Positions 55,960 to 64,000 of a stretch of 64,000 bases of DNA are shown here, in pieces (the stretch's first letter is position 1; each line of letters starts with the position of its first letter). A program made the translations under genes and the position numbers. The stretch is from the NCBI GenBank assembly GCA_046563655.1, contig CM102287.1:6882001-6946000 (forward strand). The letters run 5' to 3'. The notes under the pieces are model-generated. The model did no database searches and was not told where the DNA came from. It was given only the letters and a program-made list of their open reading frames with translations. The DNA comes from Yuukianura sp. NJ FZ-2021. Taxonomy: Eukaryota.

Positions 55960-56829
55960 TGGCAAAAATGGTCAAGAGACACAGCAAACATAAATTTGAA
56001 TTTGTTCACTTATCATAATGCACAGTTTAAGCACATTTTGTGTGTCCTAGTTTGACTTTATTGTAGTTTAATGTAGTGTACAAAAACCTAAAGTTTATGA
56101 TGTTTTGTTTTTTGCTTGAAGAGAAGACAACTTTGCCGAAATAATATGCGAGTGACGCCGTCCATGTCGAGACGTTTGTAGTAACGGACCATAATAGCTT
56201 TAAGTCTAGTATTGGACTGAGCAGTGGAAAATTCAGTTAGTTTAATCGTGGTGCAACAACCAAGGTTTTATTTTTATTTTTTGCTGACATTGGCATAACT
56301 AATGCAAAGTTATTCTTTTGAGTGTAGCAAGCAAGTGCCGGTCCAGGGATGAGGCGAGGGGTGATGTTTTAAGCTTGCCAATTTTTCTGGAGGAAGAGGG
56401 AGGGTGGGCATAGGAATTCATGGCTTTAACGCTATTTTCCAAGCACTCACAAATGCAAACGAAAAACATAGGTTGACTCACGTATTTATCTTTCTCTGAA
56501 TGATGAAGTTAGTCATCTCAACTTGGATTGGTTTTTATACACCAATTCTCGGTAGTAGCTGTGCTAAGCATTTTTAAACAGAAGTGGACTGATTAGTTAT
56601 TTACACAGTGTAAAGTGTAAATTACACTTTCGAAATATTCGAAACACACGCACGAGTACGTGAGAAAACCTAAAGCGAAGTTGTAAAAGCTTAAAAGCGA
56701 AAAAGCACAAAAGAAACAGCCAAGAAAGTTTAGTTGTTTTTGTGAATTATTTTTGACTTGGATGGATTCCTGGATGTACGCAGAGCTAAGCCAGCTTTGA
56801 ATCGTTTCAGTTAAATTTTTTTTTCGAAG

Positions 56830-58538
56830 ATGACAAGAGGCGGATTCGACTGTCCAATTTGCCTTGACTTTTATTCTGGTAAGATTAAACTTATGATTGA
56901 TCCATCAAACTAAGATTAAAGATCAATATTTGATGATATTGAGAAGATGTGTTTACTAAAGTGTTCCAAATTTTTTCGAACTAAATTCAAACGTTAATTT
57001 TTTTTAATTGTCGATTGCAGAAGAACCGGACGAGGATTACTTCGTGTCTACGAATTGTTCCAAGAAACCAACTAGCATAAACCCTCTTCAAGCCCAAATC
57101 AGTCCAGATTCTGCAGGTCACGTCTTCCATTACAAATGTCTCAACAGAAGCGTACGACTGCGGGAAGGAGGAGCTTTCAACTGTCCAATTTGTCGCCATC
57201 GTAATCACTTCGTTACACTACGAAAACTGAACAACATTGACGTTCAACCCAAGCCGGATGTGAACATATTGTGAGTTTAGTTCAGATGGACTTAATAAGT
57301 GTTAGGATATTTTCTTCATGCTGATTATATTAAACGCTACAGTGACTACGAATTCAAAATTGTCGTACTTGGAAAATTTAAAGCCGGAAAGAGCTCTATT
57401 GTCAAGAGATTTGCAGTAAGATAGTTTTATAAATTGAGACTAACTTTACAAATTGCGATGTACTAATTTTCACTTTCTATGTTAAACTTTAGCGAAACGT
57501 CTTCTCTGAAGAATATGAAATTACAATCGACTGTGATTATGTAAGAACATATTGACTTTTACTTTTGTTAAATATTCGCGGTTTTTCATTGGAAGTGCTT
57601 TAAAAGCGGTTGTTTACATGGATGCGCAATTGGTGCTAATTGAAGCTTTGCTTTAAACGCGGGGAAGCAAGAGTACGTTGCTGGTGAATTAAAACTGATC
57701 TTGAATGAGGAATAGAGTGGACCAAGCCTACTAAAATTAAACTTGACGTTGCAATATTTCCGTACGAAATTCGCAAGTTATGAAATAAGTTGTTTGTTTT
57801 CAGTTTGCCAAGTCTGTCCAAATAGGAGACAAACGGATAAAGCTGAATTTGGTAAGATTCAAATTTAGTAAAATTCAAAAAACAGCAAAAATTCTGTAAT
57901 TTTTAATTTTTAAATTGTTGCTTTCTGTAGTGGGACACTGCAGGTAGGCGTTGCGAATTTGAATTCGCAGTATTTTCAAAACTTACCAAAAACCTTAATT
58001 TAGATGTACAACTTTTTTTGTATTCTGAGAAGGGCAGGAACAGTACCGAAGCGTAGTTACCACTTATGTACGCAATGCATTCGGAATGATATTCGTGTAT
58101 GATATAAGTGATATGTCGACGTTTCGTGCACTTGAAGACTGGATTTTATTTGCCAACGATAATGGTCCGAAGGAAACCAAACGAATTATCGTAGGGAACA
58201 AATCGGATTTGGAAGAACATCGAGAGGTTTCGACTGCAGAGGCGGAGGTAAGAGAACATTTTGAATTCGAATTACAATTGCAAAAAAAAAAGTAATAATA
58301 GTAATGTTTTTGTTTTGTTTTGTAGGATTTTGCAAGGACCGTTGGATATCCATTTCTTGAGTGTTCAGCCAAGGAAGCCACAAATATTTCAACGATATTC
58401 CGAACACTCACGGCGGAAATGCTTGACGAACCAAGAATTCTGAATGCAGCAGACAAATTGTACAACTCGATGAGACTAGAAGAAGAGTTTAAAAAGTTGC
58501 CATTCACGGACAAAATAAAAATGACTTGCTGTCCTTAA
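56830..58538 (+). CDS. RING-H2-like finger fused to a Rab-family GTPase
   Basis: CPIC..AGHVFHYKC..CPIC spliced in frame (TT|gtgag..ctacag|T) to FKIVVLGKFKAGKS, WDTAGQEQYRS, VGNKSD, ECSAK and C-terminal TCCP*. Confidence 0.85.
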
Positions 58539-58849
58539 GTCATGTAGATTTTATGAAACCTTATACTTAAGTAGTAACTCTATAAAAATGCTTGATCTGC
58601 TCAGTTCTACGTGCGAATATTAAAAGCATAAACCAATATTTCAGCCACCTCCGTTGTTGTAAGTTGAATCATGGTTTGCAAGAACAAACCGACAACTTTG
58701 TGGCTTTCTTCTTTATCCTGATTTTAAATAAGGATAAAATATAAAATTTTAAATCAGTGATTTACTCAAAGTCTATTTGGCTACTTTTTCCTGCAGTCTC
58801 ATTTACTTTTCATTCCAATTTTTCACAATTTTTGTGCTCTGAAATCGAA

Positions 58850-60897
58850 ATGAACACGGTAAAACAACTTCCTTTTACTAAAGAAAAGTTAGAATTGAAT
58901 ATTTAAAAATATTGAAAAATTTGTTTCAGTGCGTCGAAGATTGGGGAAGCTGCAACCCATTCGATCTCGTGAGGAAGTGCTGTTCTGGTCAATGCAGCAG
59001 TCCGACCATAAGAGGAGCCCCGTCCGGAAACTGCATACCAGGCGACACTCCAAAACCAACCACACCAATTCCAAAAGTACGTTCTGTTGTTTTCCATTAT
59101 TTTAAAAATGAAATTTCAGTCTAAAATGTTTATTTTATTAAACGTTTTTTCCTTGTTAGGATTGTATCGAAAATGGCGAAGTATGTAAAAGCGATGGATC
59201 GATGGGATATTGTTGTTCCGACTTTTGTTTGCAACAACGAACGTCCGAAACTGGATTTTGCAGGGATCTCAATGCACCGACTGTCACAACGAGCACAATT
59301 AAACCACCTACCGATCGTGTCGTGGTACCAAGCAGGCCAATCCCGAATGGCACGAGCACTTCCAAACCAACGCCTTATGATGGAGGAAGCAATGTTGGAT
59401 TGGTCGTTGGCCTAACTTTTGTGGCCATCGTTATTGTCGGACTCCTCGTCGCTGTTTTGTTCTTGCTTCTCAAAATGAGAAGAACAATGATGACAAAAGC
59501 AGACGTGTATCGCTTTCTGCGTGGTGACCCTGGACAGGGTGGTCGTGACCTTCCAGTACACGAGAAAGTGGACAACCTGCCCTACGACGCATCATACGAA
59601 ATACTACCATCGCGATTCACAATTGGTTAGTGATGCCAGCAAATCAAACATCAGCATATTTTAACAACTTAGGAAAGGAGTGAAGGATTTTCTTTGTTTT
59701 CAGACAATCACATCCTGGGAAGCGGACAGTTTGGAGTGGTGAAGCGAGGAAGTATTAGACTACTGCCCAATAGTGATGCACTGCCAGTAGCAGTGAAAAC
59801 GACGGCAGAGGGCGTGGAGCTTCGATATTTCAAAGCTCTTTTGTCAGAACTCAAACTTATGATCTACATAGGTAGTCACGAAAATGTCGTCACTCTGCTT
59901 GGAGCTAACACAACAGACATGAAAATGGGTGAAAATAGTTTTTGAAAAATATTTGATGAAATACTTTCAAAAAAAATTTTACAACGTTACGTGGAATTTG
60001 ATTTTAGGACGAGCCTATTTGTTCCTAGAATTTTGTAAACTTGGAAGCCTCGAAAGCTTTCTCCGCAAGAACAAACACAGCTTCACAGCAGTCGGTGAAA
60101 GTTCAAGGTACCCAAAAATTTTTGTGCGAAAATTTTTAAAACGTGAGAAAAAAAATTAAGAATTAAATTTTCACACACTTTTTATCCATATGTAAGACCG
60201 TACGCCAACGATCCTAAGTACCTAACAGTCGAAAGCTCTGAACATCCTTTGACGACCTTCGACCTCTATCACTGGTCTACCCAGATTGCACAAGGATTGG
60301 AGTTCTTGAGTACCAAGAAGGTTCGGGAAGTGAAAAGAATTTCAAAATTTGTGCCCAGTAATCAAAATTTCATTTTAGGTCGTTCATGGAGATTTGGCTA
60401 CAAGAAATATTCTACTTGCAAGTCGCTCGCTGGCTAAAATTAGTGACTTTGGCCTATCTCGCAGGGTCTACGACTATACAAACTATGTCAAGAAACACCA
60501 AGTCAGAAAAACCTTAATTTCAAATTACTCAATCCTAAAATTTTTAAAAGATTCAGTTACTTCTTAAATATTTTGAATTTAGGAACCACTTCCATGGAAG
60601 TGGATGGCTATAGAGTCACTGCAGGAGTTGACTTTCTCTACACAGTCTGACATATGGGGTTACGGTGTGACCATTTGGGAAATTTTTTCACTTGGAAGTA
60701 CTCCGTACCCAGGGCTCTCTTGGTCATCTAACTTTGTTCAAGAGGTCGTCAAGGGCCTCAGACTGCCACTTCCTCCGCATGGAACTCAAAAGCTGTACGA
60801 GCTTCTACTGGAATGTTGGAATTTAAATCCAGCACTGCGCCCGCGCCCTGAAAATATCCTAACAACCTTGGCATCGATTAACTCCACTCCTTCGTAG
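58850..60897 (+). CDS. Receptor tyrosine kinase (PDGFR/VEGFR-like kinase) with two knottin-like extracellular modules
   Basis: TM helix [27 protein letters not shown] juxtamembrane; [38 protein letters not shown]. 5' end and signal peptide not resolved. Confidence 0.88.
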
Positions 60898-61811
60898 GAT
60901 ATTAATAATGGATATGGATAAAGGATGTTAATAATGATCGTCGTTCTATTTGTTTTTGAAAATGCTCCTTTCAAAATAAAATTTCTCCAGGGATGGATTC
61001 TTTAGACTTTAGGGAAGACTTTAGGGAATGTTTCGTTTTAAAGAGCTATTTCAGTTAATTTTTTTTTTGGTTTTTGGATGATTGTTCGCTAGCTTGTTTC
61101 CAAAACGTCAACTTATGTCAGCGACATGTGCAATACTTTGATTTTACTTCTCATTTCAGCATTCAGTTTTGTTGACAGCGGCATGTTTTAGTCGAAAGCT
61201 TGATACTTGTCTCAACGATTAGTAATTCTGTGAAATGCGAAGTTATCATTGAAAACTTTGATACAATTTTCATTCATTTGTACTTCGAACCCGAAGAAAA
61301 AGTGTGGGAAATGTTTGGGATGACCTCTGAGCTCAGGGAGTGACCGTAGGGGCATAGTCCACAGGACAAAAAATATATTCCCCTCATGATTCTGAAAAAC
61401 TTTCATAGAGGTCATTTTTGAGGTCGTCAGGGGTACCAACTTGCCCTCTTGGACTTAGAAAAATTTTGAGTCAAGATTTTGAAAAAAATGGGAAGGGGGG
61501 ACCCCTGGGGTCAAAAAATTTTTTTTGCTCCAAACGTTTGAAACCTCATGAAATGTGAAAAAAACGAAAAAAAAATTTTCAAAAATTTTGCCCAAAAAAC
61601 TTAGAAAATTTTCGACTGCGTTAAAGTTGGTCCATTCCACCCGTCATTTGCCCTGCGACAAGGTAATCTTAGTTAGTCAATTACTGATTAACGTCGAGAA
61701 TCACCTGTGCTGGGACACTGGGACAGGGATGTGGATGTGGAATTCAGAACTTGGTGCTACCTGCTACGTGTTTCTGGTTTGAAAAATGGTTTGATTCATG
61801 TTCTTTTTCAG

Positions 61812-62005
61812 GTGAATTGGAATTGGAGAACGTACCACTAAAGAAAAACATTTTCAGAAGTTGGGGATTGCCAATTGAAGTTACGTCAGGAATTGTTGGA
61901 AGGATTAAAATTGAATTCAATCGTCTGAAATACTTCCGTAATGAGCCGGTTCTTATCACTATCGAGAATGTCTACCTGGTTGCAGTTCCACTCAACTTGG
62001 CTGAG
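61812..62005 (+). pseudogene. Isolated exon resembling the VPS13 chorein-N domain
   Basis: ttttcag|G..GELELENVPLKKNIFRSWGLPIEVTSGIVGRIKI..EPVLITIENVYLVAVP..|gtagga; no convincing neighbouring exons. Confidence 0.6.
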
Positions 62006-62088
62006 GTAGGACACATTTACACTCTTTCTAAATCTGAGTGTTTAGAGCGTAAGAATGTTGTGTGTCGTTGTTCGGCGGAAATAAATAT

Positions 62089-64000
62089 CTACCTCTCGTG
62101 GAAAATGAGTTCATGTGGCTTTGGGCTAACGACAACGGTAGGAATGGGAGTCAAACTAGGCGGCGGACGTCCTGGGTTTGGTGTGACACGAAAATTTTGA
62201 AAAATACTAAAAATTTCAGAAAAACTGTTAAATTTCAAGCCACGACTTTTCATAATTTTGGTAACAAACAAATACGTGTAGTGATACCTGGTGATAAAAA
62301 GAAAGAGTTCCTCTTTTGCTAATTTCTCGCCTAGAATTCGAACGACAAAACATTTAGGAAATGATAGAAAAACTCTTCACTTTTTTGATTACCGAGGCAA
62401 ATTCGTTTTCCAAATGAAAATGGAATAAATGATTGGTGTGACTTGTTCGCAGTTCCGTCGGGGTTTAGGAATCTCTCCGGCCGGAAAACTCCCGGGTCGC
62501 CCCAAACTTCGGGATCGTGCATTGCAGCATAGAGATTTGGCGTGAAGACTGTATCCTTTGGGATACGATACCCACCAATGACAACGTCTGTTGTTGTGCT
62601 GTGCCAAATTGAAAGAGGAGCAGGGGCGACATATCGAAAAGCCTCCATCGTGACACACTCCGTATAAGGCATGTCGGGTCGGTCGCGTAGTTCTGGCGTT
62701 CTTTCGAAGCCAACCACCCTCGAAATTTCGTCAAACATTTTCTCTTGAATATCCGGAAATACAGCCATCAAGAGCAGAACCCATGTCAGCATTGTTGATG
62801 TCTAAACATATCACATCACACGTTAACAGTAACAAAAGTTAAAATGTAACCAAAACTAACCGTTTCTGATCCTGCGAGGAACAAATCTTCCAAAGATTTT
62901 ATAACTGACGCTTCTGAGAGTTTTAAAGTTTTTGTTAGTTTTCAATTTCTGTAAATGAAAAGTTTGACCTTTGACCTTTACCTCCTTCATCCTTGTAGAA
63001 AGAGGAACCTGGGTCGGTCGTTCGCGCCACTTCTTCGATCAAGGCGTCCATTAAATCCCGTGGTTCTCCTGCAACAAACGTTGCCTTGTGATTCCTGTAC
63101 TCTTCGGCGACGAAAGCATTCACAGCATTGTGTCCAGAAATAAAAGAGTTGTACCCAGTCCACTCCGAAAACCATTCGCACAACTTTGGAAAGACGAATA
63201 TAACGGGGGAGGAAATTTCACGTAAACTATTACATAATGGATAAATTGTAAAATTGAATTTTGAATAACTTGGAAGTAGTAGTTAGTACTAAAGTAAACT
63301 GTTTTACTTGGTCACTAGTTTGCAGGCTTCGGCAAGAGTCGGGTCGTCCTGTGATGATCGACTTCCGGCGCAAATTTTCCAGAGAGCTTTTACTATCGCT
63401 GTACAAAGCAAAACCAAAGTCCTTTTTCCGTGAAAAATTACTTAACAATACAAAAAACTGATTAACCAAAAAACCTCGGACAAAATAATACGGCTGAAAT
63501 GGCACAAAGCACAAAGTTTTCATCATTGAAAATTCAAATATAATTTAAATAAAATAAGTAAAATACTTTAAATTTAAAAAATGTGAGCCATGAGATCACT
63601 CCATGACATGACTGAAACTTTAGTTTAAAAAAAATAAAAGTGGGTTTTACCAGTGCTAAAAAGCCCATCCGTCACAACGGGGACTCCAGTGCGTACGCGT
63701 ATTCTTTTTAAGAATTCTTGGATTTCTTCTTGGATGATCCCCTCCATAGAACTTTTTCCAAAACCAAAATCTCCCAAACTTTTTAGTACAAATCGACGTT
63801 GTTCGTTCCAGTGCCGTAACTCAGCGAAAAGAATTCCACGACAATATTTTGCTCCCGGTTCAGTTCTTTCCAAAAATACAGGGAATTTTGGTCTTCCCGA
63901 CAATACTGGATCGTTGAGGCATTGCTTAAGCAGTTTGAGGTCATTGACCACAATAGAACGGACTGATCCATAGTCGACGCTAAAAATGCCGCCATACTTT
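62089..64000 (-). CDS. Cytochrome P450, CYP2 clan (5' end outside the window)
   Basis: WNEQRRF, DFGFGK, AGSETT, EAFR (ExxR), PERF and heme motif FSFGKRICLGE; last exon ends ELIFHER*. Confidence 0.95.

Noticed and set aside
61250..61650. Possible interspersed repeat or MITE
   Set aside because: Composition is suggestive but no terminal repeats or boundaries could be defined from one copy.

Overview
AT-rich, intron-rich eukaryotic DNA from an arthropod. Gene content and short introns suggest a springtail such as Folsomia or Orchesella, which is inference only. The main discovery is a minus-strand locus at about 3.2-14.1 kb. Three shared coding exons (13520-13239, 13154-12870, 12774-12649) end in a phase-1 donor. 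They are followed by 14 tandem cassettes that each begin at a phase-1 AG acceptor, encode one different BED zinc finger and end in their own stop codon. This reads as one gene making about 14 DNA-binding isoforms through alternative last exons, like mod(mdg4) or lola but with no recognisable BTB domain. The rest of the window holds period, DHCR24, an mGluR-family receptor lacking the glutamate gamma-carboxyl-binding residues, a 19-bp minisatellite, an orphan two-exon gene and two gustatory-receptor-like genes. It also holds a SID-1-like gene with a degenerate zinc site and an intronic tRNA-Asp, a RING-finger/Rab fusion, a receptor tyrosine kinase with two knottin-like ectodomains, a VPS13 N-terminal fragment and a clan-2 cytochrome P450 cut by the window edge. 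All exon structures were read by hand and none is supported by transcript data.
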